Positions 10,955 to 25,126 of a DNA stretch of 53,406 nt are shown one piece after another. Below the pieces are notes generated by a model, which did no database searches, had not been told where the DNA came from, and saw nothing but the letters and a program-made list of their open reading frames with translations. The first letter of the stretch is position 1; each line of letters starts with the position of its first letter. Where the stretch lies: NCBI RefSeq assembly GCF_001194135.2, contig NC_069007.1:2606396-2659801 (forward strand), read 5' to 3'. This stretch comes from Octopus bimaculoides. Taxonomy: Eukaryota. The position numbers were made by a program, and so were the translations under genes.

Positions 10955-12329
10955 GTATGAGTGCGTGTATGTATGTATATATATCGTCCTACATTGTCTT
11001 CATATATTTGGTTCTGTTGTTTAGTAATTTATCTTCTTTCTCGTTGCACTTCATAAGCAATGATACATTTACCGCTGCAGTTTTTATTGTCATCCAACGT
11101 TATTAATTCTAATATCATTTAACTGATTGTTAAACGAAGATTTATGGATATAGAACGTTTAATGTGATCGTTTGAAATCATTCCAAATCCCCGCCAACGT
11201 TAGTTATACTTTCATATTGAATCCACAGTGGTGTAATATTGATAAAACTTCTATTGATACAAAACAGCAGTGGAAGTATGGCAGACGGGAGAGAGGGTGG
11301 ATTCTCGACTGCAAACTAATGAAATGTTTTAAATATACAGTATTTAGAAGAGACACTCAACAGCAGATATACTTCAGTTATTATAGAAGGGATTTAGTCT
11401 CAAATCGGCCTGGATTCTACAGACTTGTGATCAAAGGCCAGTCTAGCTGTGCGCTTGGATTCAAACGAGAGGCTTATTGTTTAATAGTTTCTCGTTTCTC
11501 GTTGCTTTCTTGAATAATTTTGCTACCATTTAGCCTCTTGGCAGTTAAGATTGAATATATTTCTGATCAAAAACGTTCCACGGTGACCATCACCTAATTT
11601 ATTCACTTATAATTTTGTAAGTATATTGTCTAATGTACGCTAAATCGTTATTATTATTGTTGCTGGTAATGTTGTTTACTTCCGTTCATTTGTGACACAA
11701 TTCACATTATAACCCAAGACGTTCCAGCTTTGACCATCCAGTCATAATTGTTCCACTATTAGCCTCACGATCATAATATCGTGGATTAAATTCCTGGATC
11801 AGAAGTGCGTTATATTCTTGACCAAGGTACTTTTCATTAGAATCAACATGTGATGATGCTGGGTCACATACTGGGAGAGGGTAGGGGCGTGAATGTCTGA
11901 TTACGATTAAATTGGCTCTTAAAACAATTATCAAATGTATGGCGCGTGTTACCAATCCATTATCTTTCAACGGTGACGGTCGGCTCTTTACCTAGGGTTA
12001 CATTATTTCATACGCTTAATTGAGTTTTGAGTGTACGATAATCCAAAGCGAGTCCCTAACTCATAATCCCAAGATGCAACTGTCACAATCCTACACTTTC
12101 TTCGGATACAATTTCTTTAGAAATTCAATTCTAGCGAAAATTTCCTTTCCTGAGATACATAACAGACACAGGGTTGATTATTTTTTATGGTGAAGTAATA
12201 GCTATTATTGTGCCATAGAACTTCTCAAAGCTAGACACCAAAATCTAAGCCTTCTCCAAGCCTAATTAAGTTACCTGTAAAGAAAACGAAACAATACCAA
12301 ACTAAGCTAAGCAATCACCACAAAATATG

Positions 12330-12500
12330 AATCCACAGACACTTTCCACTTTACAAGAATGAAGGACAGCCCAGAATAACGAGACTAAGAATTGCACAAC
12401 TGAGCATAAGTTATGCGCATTCCCATCATCAGCTGCCGAAATGAATATCCCTATGGTTTCAACAACTGAGCAGTACCATTCAATCCAGCAGTGCCCATAG
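12330..12500 (+). mobile_element. Possible decayed 3' end of an I-group/Ingi-type LINE ORF2
   Basis: RITRLRIAQ (12373) resembles the xxRLRxGH motif, followed by EYPYG...EQYHSIQQCP, a CPCG...H..Q.CP zinc knuckle with both Cys codons changed TGT->TAT; needs frameshifts. Confidence 0.4.
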
Positions 12501-13992
12501 CGTTAGAAATACAACCGCTTCCCGGAAATCCACCAGATTATTACTAGAATTGACAACATAGAGAATAATCTATCACTACGCAATAGTGCTTATAGCAAAG
12601 AACAATTTCAGAAAGGATATCAAAACAATACAACGAGGGTAGACAACTAGATACTTTGTTTCTCAATCAACATCACATCACGAACATGATATCACACTCC
12701 AAAACAAGTCTAATATCTAAAACACATACTAATGCGTCATATAGTTTGTTAATTAGCACTACTTGTTCAAGGGCTAAATAAGTAAATACTCTCCAAGTCA
12801 TGGGTTGAGGAATTTATTGCATTCCGGATTGCAATGAATAGAAGCAATCCGTGGATTAGACAAAGCTTTTCTCTTGTCTTGTGTGTTGAGTGAGAGAAAA
12901 GAAAAGAGAAATTGTGAGGAATGGTTAAGGGTGAGGAAAGAGAGAATGGGGAGAACGTGAAACGCTTCGACTTGACGTAACTCAAGAAGAAATTTCTAGG
13001 CTTGATTTAAATAGAAAGAAGCTATAATTGAAAATGGCCCGCAGAGTACATGACCGTAAAACGATGTGAAAATAACGACCAAGAATAACAAGTCGGAATG
13101 TATGAAACAATAATAATGATGATCGCTCCTCTTAGAAATTCAGACTAATTATAACAAGATTAATAAGGTTAGTTTAAAACGTATTGCAGTGGATTGGTAG
13201 AAACATTTGGAGAATGGTTAATTCGGACTATGTCTACTATTATCTACCATTCGATTAGTTGAAGACTAAAATATATTGTATTGAATCTCATGTGAAGAAT
13301 TCTTTGTCTTATAAAGCATTGGTAGAACGAATGGACGAACGGCAGTTTAAAATATTTGGCAGTGCTTTTGTAGAAGATATCGAAGAGCAACAGACAAGTT
13401 TTCTTTGCAATAGATTATTGGAATAATTCTTTGGGTGATTAACGTTTAATTGATTATTAATTGATTTATTAAACGTTAGTCAGTGAGTAATACTAATAAA
13501 GAAATCGAAATAGAACCTGCGAGTGTGTTGTTTGTTGGGAAAATGACCCACCCAAAATACAACACAATGCAGGTTCTATATTCAAACACTGTCAAGAAGC
13601 TTCGTTCAAATCTTGTCAAGCCTTAAACCTCTCAAACCGTGCTTGGTCTGTAACATAAGATATGGTTGCAAAATAAGAACTTGGGTCGTTTTAAGCGGCA
13701 TCACGCAGTTCCAAAGACTTTGTTAGCGACTCGATACCAGAAATTAATATATTCGATCCAACTCAATAACGTATATTTGCTAACATCAAGATTTCCGAAT
13801 CGTGATGTTTAGGAATTAATAAAAACGCATTAAAACAAAGCTAATTTCGCAATAAACTCAACGAAAATAGTTTACCAAACTAAACATATGACGCGTTTCC
13901 CTCCCATTACATTTGTCTTTGAGAATTATTCTTGATACTTTCTATATGAAGTAGAAACTGTCATCTAACAAAATTCTTTCTTTTTCTCTCTC

Positions 13993-14044
<52 letters not shown>

Positions 14045-14141
14045 ATACATTTCTCTTTCTGATATCTATGTTGATCTCATGAGGATATATAGATACATTC
14101 ACATAAGCCATGACATACAAAGGGAGAATATACAAACGCCG

Positions 14142-14173
<32 letters not shown>

Positions 14174-15244
14174 ACACACACAAACAAACATATATTTATA
14201 TATATATAAATTGTATATATACGTATGTGTGTGCACGTCATTCAGTGTGTGTGTGTGTGTGTGTGCTTTTGAATACGTAAATGTAAACCGAATACCTATA
14301 TTCCGAAATTCGCAAAACATACGCATAACCTTCAGGGAATTAATCAGTAAATACATACACACACATGCACGTGCGTGCGTACCTATATATATATATATAT
14401 ACATACATATATATATATACATATATATATATNNNNNNNNNNNNNNNNNNNNNNNNNNNNNNNNNNNNNNNNNNNNNNNNNNNNNNNNNNNNNNNNNNNN
14501 NNNNNNNNNNNNNNNNNNNNNNNNNNNNNNNNGAGAGGAGAGAGAGAGAGAGGAGAGAGAGAGAGAGGAGAGAGAGAGAGATAGAGAGATGTATACATAT
14601 ACGTACATATATATATATAAAAGGATGCAGTTTTCTATGTAATGGCATGTGTACGTGCTTGCGTTCTTGTATGTGTGTGTGTGTGTGTGTTCATAATGAT
14701 GATTGAAAAAATAACATTACATAGTATTATTCACACACTCCCCTAACCAAACCCCTGCCCCACCCCCAGCATTATTTGATGTTTCCTACCAAATTTGGTG
14801 ACAATGGACATTATGGTAATCTCATCACACAAGATCGTTATTCCACCACCAGGACCACCACCAGGACCACCACCACCACCACCATCATCATCATCACCAC
14901 CACCATCGTCATCACCACCGCATTTTTCATGTTGATTCTCCTATGAAATATGAAGATAAACTCAATCTTTAGATTACATGGACATCGGTAATTTTCTCGG
15001 GTTTATACCCCAGACATTTTTTTGCACTAATATAGATAGATGGCGCTGATATGAAATATCACATTGTTTTTGGTTTTCTAAGTCAATCATCATTTCATGC
15101 GACATAGCACTGCAGGTGATTGGATAGAATCGTGAAGCAGTTCAATATACTATCTCGCAGTATTTGATCCCAACCTTTGCTCTGGGAGTTCGATTCGTAC
15201 TGGTTTCATCTTTGGCTTTCGTCCTTTTGGGTTCAATGACAAAA

Positions 15245-15710
15245 TGTATCGAGCCATTACGATGGATTAGTGGATCGCTGCTACAAGTTTACGGCGGTGT
15301 CTGCTGATTTTAAATCCAAACTTCATCAGGGATATATTTCGGATAGGGGTTGGTATGAAATACCTGATTAGGTTTTCCCTGTTGTTATGGAAATCAAGTA
15401 TCGTAGGGGTGTTTATAATATGTGGTAAAATGTCTAGGGTTCCCGTCAGTCGAATTTCACAATATGTCTCCCTGACTGAATGCGCAGGCGTATGTTTTGT
15501 GTGTGAAAGACTTGCAGTTTCCCCTGCAGGCAAAATTCCAGTCAACATGATCCTCGTATTTGAAAGGAAGCACTACCGCTTTCGTGTGACGACTGGGTAA
15601 CGCCACTCTTGTAGAAGACGTTGTTCTCAGAACGGAAATAGCCAGGAGATATATCATAAGGGATGTTCTTTGACTCCAGTACATGACTGGGACCTTCTCG
15701 TTTCCAACGC
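15245..15710 (+). pseudogene. Decayed coding remnant, possibly LINE ORF1/gag-like with degenerate zinc knuckle
   Basis: Protein-like blocks (GLVDRCYKFTAVSADFKSKLHQGYISDRGWYEIPD*VFPVVMEIKYRRGVYNMW*; KIPVNMILVFERKHYRFRVTTG*) then CRRRCSQNGNSQEIY, one extra residue and two point changes from CX2CX4HX4C. Confidence 0.3.
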
Positions 15711-15894
15711 GGAGGGATAAAATGCAAATTTAATCTGGGTAGATTTTTAAACTCAGAACGTAAACATCCGGAACATATACCGAAAGACATTATTTTTTCC
15801 TGATTCTCTAACCTTCGTGAAAGGCTTGAAATTATAGTTCCAGTCTTTGGCACCAGGGCCACAATTTCTACAATAGTTATAAGGACCGAAATTT

Positions 15895-16015
15895 TGAGGG
15901 AGAGGGATTTACCGACCACATCGACTCCTGTGATCAAACTATAATTTATTTTATCGGATGGATGAAATGTGAAGTCGACCTCGATGGAGTTTGAACTCTA
16001 AGCGTAAAGTCGAAG
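15895..16015 (-). mobile_element. Degraded SINE family C
   Basis: acatcgactcc...aagtcgacctcgatggagtttgaactc matches family C reversed. Confidence 0.6.
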
Positions 16016-16614
16016 TAGATAATCAATTATATCGACTAACTTAACACCGCTATAGGCGTTGGCTATATAAGAAATGTGTTCGGAAGCGAGAATTAGTTAG
16101 CTCGGTGCTTATGAAGGGGCAAAAACCTCCCGAAATATTGCATATACACTCATTACCTATTTCTGTCTTCGATCTCATTGCTTTGATTCGAAACGTTGTA
16201 GCAAACATTCAGTGCTGGCTGCAATTTCTGTAGAATCAACTTCAACAAAATAATGCAAAAAGCACTGCTAACGCAGTAGGACGTGGTATTGACTTATAAA
16301 CACATTCAATATCTTTTATAGAATATTATCGTTGCATAACGAAATACCACGTGCCTACATGTCATTACTGTGGATGCATATATGGTACGTACGTGTTCTT
16401 TTGAAGGCTTGCGCATGTCAGCAAGCATCCCTACTTGCATGGCGATGCATGTATAGATATGTATATTTAATTAAAACGTATACAGTGTGCACCCATGCTG
16501 GGGAAGGCTGTGTTTTTATACACACCTGTGTGTATGTGTTCAATTATTTCTACACTTTATAACCTCAACTAAAACGTTACTAAGAGCTCCCGTTTTTTTA
16601 TTTAAATCCCCTCT

Positions 16615-17120
16615 CACTCCTTCTCTCATTCGCCTTTCATTCTCTCTCCCTCTCTCTCACCCTCTCTCCTATGCCATTTTCTCTCTTTCTTTATTCTCTC
16701 CTTCCTCACCTTTATTCCATTTTCCCTTCCACTAATTCTCATTCTCCCTCTTTCTCTCCCTCCCACTCTCTCATACTCCTTTCCTATCTCTCTCTCCTTC
16801 TCTTCGTTCTCCTTCCTCTCACTCACTTTCTTTTTCTCTCTCCCATATTTCTTCTTCCATCTACCCTCTCTCTCCGCCTCTCTTATTCCTATTCCTTTCT
16901 CTCTCATCCTATCCCTCTTTACTCACTCTTATTCTCTGCCACTAACTTTCACTTTCTCTCACCTCTCTCTCCTCTTTCTCCTTCCCTCTCTCCTATTCCC
17001 TTTCTCATCCCTTCTCTCTCTCTCCTTCTATCCCTTCCCCTCTTCCCCTCACTCTCCGTTTCATTCTCTCTCAATCCTTCTTCTTACCCCCCTCTCTCTC
17101 CCCTCCTATATCTTTCCATC
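16615..17120. repeat. About 500-bp degenerate polypyrimidine (CT-rich) tract
   Basis: Almost only C and T on the plus strand. Confidence 0.9.
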
Positions 17121-17469
17121 ACTCAATCCGCATTACCATGTACAGAATCGATTTATGTTTACCATTATTCTCAACCAACTTCCAAGATGTAAAATAACAA
17201 CTCTGTTAATTACATTAAACTATAAGCGTAAATCTAAGACTAAGTCCCCTCAATTTTCAAAATGGCGGATTTAATCTCAATAAAAATAAATAAAGACATT
17301 TTGTAAAATTCATTTCACGAGTCATTTACCAAAATCACTTCCAATAAACGTTATAATTTTCTCTTCACAAGCAGCATATGAAATTCTTCAAACAGGCTTT
17401 GGGAGAAGCTAGCTTTGCAATTCTTTATGACTAGGAATCATTATTAAATTCTTGACGCTAAAAAAATGT

Positions 17470-17490
17470 TGTGTGTGTGCGTATGTGTGT

Positions 17491-17527
<37 letters not shown>

Positions 17528-17537
17528 NNNNNNNNNN

Positions 17538-17572
<35 letters not shown>

Positions 17573-17871
17573 TGCTCATACATATGTATATATACATACA
17601 TATAGACATATATACATCTTTATATACACATGTAAATATATACATATATATACATATATACACACATATACATGGGTATTTATGTATGTATATATATATA
17701 TATACATATATATGCATATATACACATACATATGTATATATACATACATATATACATATATGCATATTTGCATACACATACGTAAATATATATATATATG
17801 CCGTAGGTATGTAGATATACATGTGCATGTATATATACACGTATATGCATGTATATATATATATACACGTC

Positions 17872-17910
<39 letters not shown>

Positions 17911-18400
17911 CGTTCTTGCTACAAAAACAACTTCTAGTACAACTACTGCCACCGCCACCATCGCTTCCACCACTACTACTACTACCACCACTACTACTAA
18001 ATATTTTGATTTGTAGATTGCCAGCCTGATAATTAGACGATCGAGTATATAAATGATGGTGGATTTCTTGATGATTATTTTAAAGATGCACATTTATATA
18101 CAAGATAGTTATCTTAACGAGAGACTGACTCCATAAAACCTGTTAAGCTAGGCTATGAGAGAAAAAAAAAGATTTAAAAGCAAAATAATAATAATAATAA
18201 TAATAATAATGATGATGATGATGATGATAAAGAGCCACACCTTCGACGGTTGAATTACGTTAGAATTGTAGCAACGCTGTTGCTGTTATGAGTTGCTGAT
18301 GTACTTGTTGTTGTTGGTGATGATGATGATGATGATGATAATGATGATGGTGGTGGTGGTAGTGGTGGTGGTGGTGATAATGATGATGACGACGACGTTG
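17470..18400. repeat. Compound (TA)n/(TACA)n, (CTA)n, (AAT)n, (GAT)n arrays
   Basis: Directly visible. Confidence 0.85.
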
Positions 18401-18543
18401 CTGTTGTAGCGTCGATTGTGTTAACTTTGCTTATTCCAGTCCATCATTTGTCCTCATCTATGGAAATCCACCCGTGATCATCATGTCTTTATAAAGAATT
18501 TATGCGGGCGTTACTATTTCCTCATTTATTCGTGTATTTATTT

Positions 18544-18771
18544 TTGGGTGGTCCGGAAAGTTCGTGCCGATTTTTAAATGAAAGAGAAAGCTCAATAAAT
18601 ACTTGCCACTACATTTTTAATCAACCAAATATGAACCAGTTCGTTGCACAATGCGTCTCCATCTTTCCTTTGACTTGAAAATACCCTCTTCCCAGAAACG
18701 AGGTGGTTTCATGGACAATAAGCCTAAAGGTAAGCTACCATAACTCGGCACGAACTTTCCGGACAACCCAA
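18544..18771 (-). mobile_element. Non-autonomous mariner derivative (about 228 bp) with 27-bp TIRs
   Basis: TTGGGTGGTCCGGAAAGTTCGTGCCGA versus TCGGCACGAACTTTCCGGACAACCCAA (1 mismatch), TA on the right; internal minus strand reads KPPRFWEEGIFKSKERWRRIVQRTGSYLVD*, a mariner C-terminus. Confidence 0.9.
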
Positions 18772-20216
18772 TATTTTTTCTTAAGATTATGTAGTCATGT
18801 AATTAGTGCGTGATTGGCATAATATAAGAGAGATTTATTGGCTGCTATTTCTAGCTGTTTTAAGCCCCCTACCCACCATTGTTGTACGTTATTTCTATAG
18901 GTTTCTTCTCCGTGCCTACTCATCTAGATAAACTTCGTAACATTAGCATGTTAAGTGCCTTGTATTGTGTATTGAATGATATCAACATAATTTATATACA
19001 CTTAAGGGAACATGATCCTATTAGTTAGAGAAAGAAAACTAACACCTAGCGAATGTTGTTAGCGATTCTCATACATAGTGAGAATATATGCAATTCAAAA
19101 GGAAAAATAATACACCATAACATGAAATTTTATTTTACAAAACGAAGCAAAAACATTACGATGCAAAATAAGATTTATTTTTGTATGATTGCACTTTATA
19201 CATGAAACGTTTATATATATATATATATATTTATATACATTTTTTTTTTAATTGCAAAGTCTTTGACCAGATCCTCACTATGAACACTTCGAAATTATAT
19301 TCCCGATCATATAAACCATTTCGAATATTACTCTTTTAAGAGATATCTTTTGTGCCATAAACCATTTACCATTTTTATAGAGCCCCTCTTTACTTGATGC
19401 TCTAGACATGTGTTTATTCTATTCTACAGTTAATCCAGAGCTTCTGCCAAGCCATTACCAAGAGAACAAAAATAATCAAACAGAGATAATCCTAAATTAT
19501 TGCATTTTATCTGCAAAATAATTAATTCTAATTGTACATTGCGAGAAATGATGAAATCTAGCAATGGGTGTATATCAAACCACAAAATCACGATTTCAGA
19601 AGTCCAACATATGGAGTGAGCTTTTCCCAAAGTTTTTGCATTTAGTCAGATAACGCAACAGGTTTGGATTTTCAGAATTTACAGACCTTTCCATAGATAG
19701 AAACGAAAACCGATAACCCATTGGCCAATGTGGTGAGGAAAGATTCGTTTATTTTATGGATTAACCATTAGAGAAACAAAATACGATATCGATGTAGAAT
19801 AGAAACGAGACATCTCTATATTATGCAGCGGATACCTTAACATCTGATAAGCAGTTAAAATGGGGCGCTGGTTCAAATTCACAGCTATATTTGTTACTTG
19901 TCTTTATTCAAAGAACAAAAAAAGATCCTAATAAATTTTTTATTGGCAGAGTCACAGGCAGACAAGTGTAATAAAGAAAAAAATTCTATCAGTAACATCG
20001 GAGTAATATTGGGCAGAAATTCTTATTATTGCTTCGAATTGAATTGAATTTCCTGGTAGATATGCATGTAGAAGCACATGTGAATGTATGCATGTTTATA
20101 TATACATATACAACCCTGATTACGTACATACCTACATATATATAAATACATGCAGAATTAGGTCCGTTGATCGTGAGAATCAAATACTGATCGCTTCGCT
20201 AAAATGTGCAGCTGGT

Positions 20217-20622
20217 ATGGGTTATTTCCCTTGGGTTGTTAAAATAAAATAGTAGATAGAAGGGTCTATTGGAAGAGCCCTATTATCGATTTTTTTTCAA
20301 CAATCTAAGTATGTCACGAGGTTTCCAGAAATGAGTTCTACTCACGTGTCAAATGAAGCATAAAATTGATATCGTCGGCAAAAATTAGGACACAAAAAAA
20401 TCAGTATTCAAAGTAAGCGAACATAAACAATGAAATGGGTTATTTCCCTTGAGAGTTTAAACAAATATTGTACAGGCGTATGAGTTATTTCCCTTGGGTG
20501 TTTTTAAAAAAATAGCTATATGAGCTATATATAAAGATCTCTTCCAGGGGCCGTATTATCGATTTTTCAACAATCTAAGCATGTCACGAGTTTTCCAGAC
20601 ATGAGTTCTATTCACGTGTCAA
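20217..20622. repeat. Diverged tandem duplication, period about 263 bp
   Basis: atg(g/a)gttatttcccttggg...tattatcgattttt...caacaatctaag...tcacgtgtcaa at 20217-20352 and 20480-20622; partial third start at 20434. Confidence 0.8.
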
Positions 20623-20714
20623 GTTTCACCAAAATCAGTAAAACGATATAGGAGGAGTTAGCTAACAACGCCACAAACAAATTTACACCGATTTTCCACA
20701 TATGCAGTAGATAC

Positions 20715-20782
<68 letters not shown>

Positions 20783-21229
20783 ATGTGCATATATATATAT
20801 ATATATATATATACGTATATATATATATACGTATGTGTTTGAGTGTGTGCGTGTGCGTATGTGTGTGTGCGTGCGTGTAAGTGCGTGTGCGTTTTTGTGT
20901 GATAAGAAATTCCTCGATTTTTATATTGACGAAAGATTTAAGCATCTGCTACAAAAAGAAAACTTTAAAATGTCTTTGAATAAACTCGACACGTGATATT
21001 AGTTTCAATGATGATTTTTTTCCCCGCAGACAATCCACAGTTACTGCACGACGTCTTCAGACCCAGCCAACCATAGAGACGAACGGACACTTACAAACCT
21101 GCAACCAACGACATTCTGTTCGCAATATCTGTTATAAAACATACCAATAAATAACTAAATGGCATAGATTTAAGCAAAAAATCTTCATACATTATATTTA
21201 TTTATCACCGTATTTATTATTATTATTAC

Positions 21230-21266
<37 letters not shown>

Positions 21267-21491
21267 GCTCTTTATAGAGAGCAAAAAATGTATGGCGCCC
21301 CAAATATCGGAATGAAAACAGCGAATATAATTGAACAGAGACAGAATCTGGTATTCGGTCTAATATCTAAGAAGGGCGAGATATATATTTTATTAGAATG
21401 GATTTTATGTGTATTCTACATGTACAGAAAAGAAAAAATCTTTCACAATGTCATTTCACACACACACATATATATACATATACAAACACAC

Positions 21492-21532
<41 letters not shown>

Positions 21533-21571
21533 GATAAATATGTTTATATATACATATAAGTATGTGATATA

Positions 21572-21642
<71 letters not shown>

Positions 21643-21915
21643 CATATATACAAACATATATATATACATATATACAGACATATATATATACATATATACA
21701 AACATATATATACACCTATACAAATAGATAATTCTTTATTTGCATTTTTCCACACACACATTCGTATAATTACATAAATAAATACACGCCTACATGTATG
21801 GGTGTATGTATGCTTGTAGGTAGCTATGTAGGTATGTAAGCATGTATCTGTGTGTGTGTGTGTGTGTAAAATAAGAGGTATGTATGCGTATATACATATT
21901 TATATATATATATGT

Positions 21916-21950
<35 letters not shown>

Positions 21951-22172
21951 TANNNNNNNNNNNNNNNNNNNNNNNNNNNNNNNNNNNNNNNNNNNNNNNN
22001 NNNNNNNNNNNNNNNNNNNNNNNNNNNNNNNNNNNNNNNNNNNNNNNNNNNNNNNNNNNNNNNNNNNNNNNNNNNNNNNNNNNNNNNNNNNNNNNNNNNN
22101 NNNNNNNNNNNNNNNNNNNNNNNNNNNNNNNNNNNNNNNNNNNNNNNNNNNNNNNNNNNNNNNNNNNNNNNN

Positions 22173-22210
<38 letters not shown>

Positions 22211-22249
22211 CATACACACACATATGTACATATGTATACACATATAAAC

Positions 22250-22287
<38 letters not shown>

Positions 22288-22772
22288 GTGTAGATGATGT
22301 AGTGACGCTGGTGGCGAAATCATACGCAGTGCAGATGGATTTTTATCAGTTATTTGATAAGCATAATAAGATTTTCTGAAGGTAATGTGTACAAAATATT
22401 TGTAAATAAGTTGAAAAGCCAACTAAGTGTTGAAGCCTATTTCCACCTCACTCATGCACAACAGCGCTTCTACTTGATTGCAATCTCTCTATAACGTATA
22501 TTGGCCACTTCTTAATATTAATCAGGTAAATTGTCTGTGTATGAACGCATGAATACACAGACAAACAAACGTACACACATGCGCAAACGTGGAAGCACAC
22601 GATCGTGGACACAAACATACACACACGTGCGTACACACAGGTATTATGACCATTCTGATAAACATACACGTTCATAGTTATGTGTATACATATATATGTG
22701 TGTTTGTTTCTGTGGGCATGTGTGTATTTTTTTCTGAGTGTGTGTGCGTACTTAGGTATATATATATATATA

Positions 22773-22814
<42 letters not shown>

Positions 22815-22870
22815 TGTGTGTGTATGACTGTGTGTGTAAATATGTATATATATATGCATACATTTAATGT

Positions 22871-23212
22871 ATATAGGGGCAACCGTGAATGCTTCCCAAC
22901 CACATCACTCCACGTTCAGTCGAACTTGTGCACTTTGGGCGAGCGTTCTTTATTATAGCCACGGGCCGACCAAGTCCTTGTGAGTGGATTTGTTACACGG
23001 AAACTGAAAGAAGCCCACCTTATATACATGTATATACGTATGTGTGTTTGTGTGTGTGTGTATGTGTGTGTTTGTGGATGTGTGCGATTGTGTGTATATG
23101 TATCTTTGTGTTTGTGCTTGCGCTTGTACCCCCACCACCGCTTCTCAACTGGTATTGATGTATTTACATCCCCGTAAACTCGCGGTTCGGCAAAAGAGAC
23201 CGACAGTAATCA
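22871..23212 (+). mobile_element. Degraded SINE family A
   Basis: gggccgaccaag...gtgagtggatttg...ggaaactgaaagaagccc, (TG)n spacer, gcggttcggcaaaagagacc. Confidence 0.75.
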
Positions 23213-23418
23213 GAAGAATGCTAAAATCAGTGAATGGATTTATTCGACTAAGATTGAATGTCTTCTTTTCCGCCTACTAATCTTAACCTGCCCACGAACT
23301 GATAAAACGCATCTTGCGTTTGTCTGTTCCAATTCTTTCTCTACGACATTCAGACAAAAAAAAAATACTGTCTCCAAGACGTACAACGTCATAGCGCTCC
23401 TTTGATGCAACTCTCTTC

Positions 23419-23651
23419 ACTCTTTTACTTGTTTCAGTCATTTGACGGTGGCCATGCTGGAGCACCGCCTTTAGTCGAGCAAATCGACCGCAGGACTTAT
23501 TCTTTGTAAGTCTGGTACCTAGCGGTACGGCAAAAGAGACCAATAGAATCAGTACTAGGCTTACAAAGAATAATTCTTGGGGTCGATTTGCTCGACTAAA
23601 ATCGGTGCTCCAGCATGGCCGCAGTCAAATGACTGAAACAAGTAAAAGAGT
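23419..23651. repeat. Two SINE-A 3' tails in inverted orientation (100-bp arms, 9 mismatches, 33-bp spacer)
   Basis: 23419-23518 is the reverse complement of 23552-23651. Confidence 0.9.
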
Positions 23652-24088
23652 ATATATATAATGGAGAAATTGTTCAAAATGTATAAATAGATGATGAGTA
23701 AAGCGCCGGCACAGTTTCGATTACATACATAAAGAAAAAAAAATGGCAGCATAGTCGATAATCTCTGATTTAAAATATAATAGTACAGTAAAATATACAT
23801 AGTGACTAAGAGCTTTATTGAAGAAAACAACTATTAAATACTAACATAGGAGAAAGGCTGAGTAGAATACTTATGTTAATTCTGTAATTTTCTAAAAGTT
23901 AAATTAATTTAATTGGCTTTGAATATTCGCAGCACACGAGCATGGATGCTTCATATATAAGAAAAAAATTTAGAATTTTTTACGGCATAATGTTAATAAA
24001 TTCTGTGGTCTTTGATGTTAAATATATGTTTGTATGTGTGAATCTATATCATATCAACAAAACGTATACGCACACACTCATATATATG

Positions 24089-24131
<43 letters not shown>

Positions 24132-24485
24132 NNNNNNNNNNNNNNNNNNNNNNNNNNNNNNNNNNNNNNNNNNNNNNNNNNNNNNNNNNNNNNNNNNNNN
24201 NNNNNNNNNNNNNNNNNNNNNNNNNNNNNNNNNNNNNNNNNNNNNNNNNNNNNNNNNNNNNNNNNNNNNNNNNNNNNNNNNNNNNNNNNNNNNNNNNNNN
24301 NNNNNNNNNNNNNNNNNNNNNNNNNNNNNNNNNNNNNNNNNNNNNNNNNNNNNNNNNNNNNNNNNNNNNNNNNNNNNNNNNNNNNNNNNNNNNNNNNNNN
24401 NNNNNNNNNNNNNNNNNNNNNNNNNNNNNNNNNNNNNNNNNNNNNNNNNNNNNNNNNNNNNNNNNNNNNNNNNNNNNNNNNNNNN

Positions 24486-24523
<38 letters not shown>

Positions 24524-25126
24524 TATACATTCGTAAACATACACACATAAATATATACATATATAAACATATATATATATACATGTTTACAAACACACAC
24601 ACACGCGCACACACGCATACAAACATATACAAGACAATTTTATTTCACTGAAGTAAATTTAATTTCCTAAAGAAAATTCTATATCGGGTTTTGTTAATAA
24701 AAAGTCTGGAAGTGACATGAAATATAGCATGGAGTATTTTATGGTTAATAACATTACAAGGAATTCGTACTAACGGATTTTAAAAACATTTATGTCTCTA
24801 TATTCTTGATTCGTTTATTTCGGTACAAAAATATTTTTTCGATTTTATAAACTTTTAAATGTACACACAGTTGTGTATTTAAGAAATATGCAATTTAAAT
24901 AGCGAAAATATTTTTTTTATGTGCGTCAATATGAAATAATATATGTATACATAGATGGGTGGATGGGTGGATGGATATATATATATAGAGAGAGAGAGAT
25001 GGGGATGGACGGAGGTATAGGGTGAGATAGATAGATAGATAGACGGATGGATAGGTAGGTAGATAGCGCGTGTGTGTCTGTGTGTATATATATATATATA
25101 TACACACACAAACACACATACACACA

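Noticed and set aside
11172-11970. 113-aa and 87-aa ORFs in unique sequence
   Set aside because: No recognisable motif or splice structure; lengths are compatible with chance.
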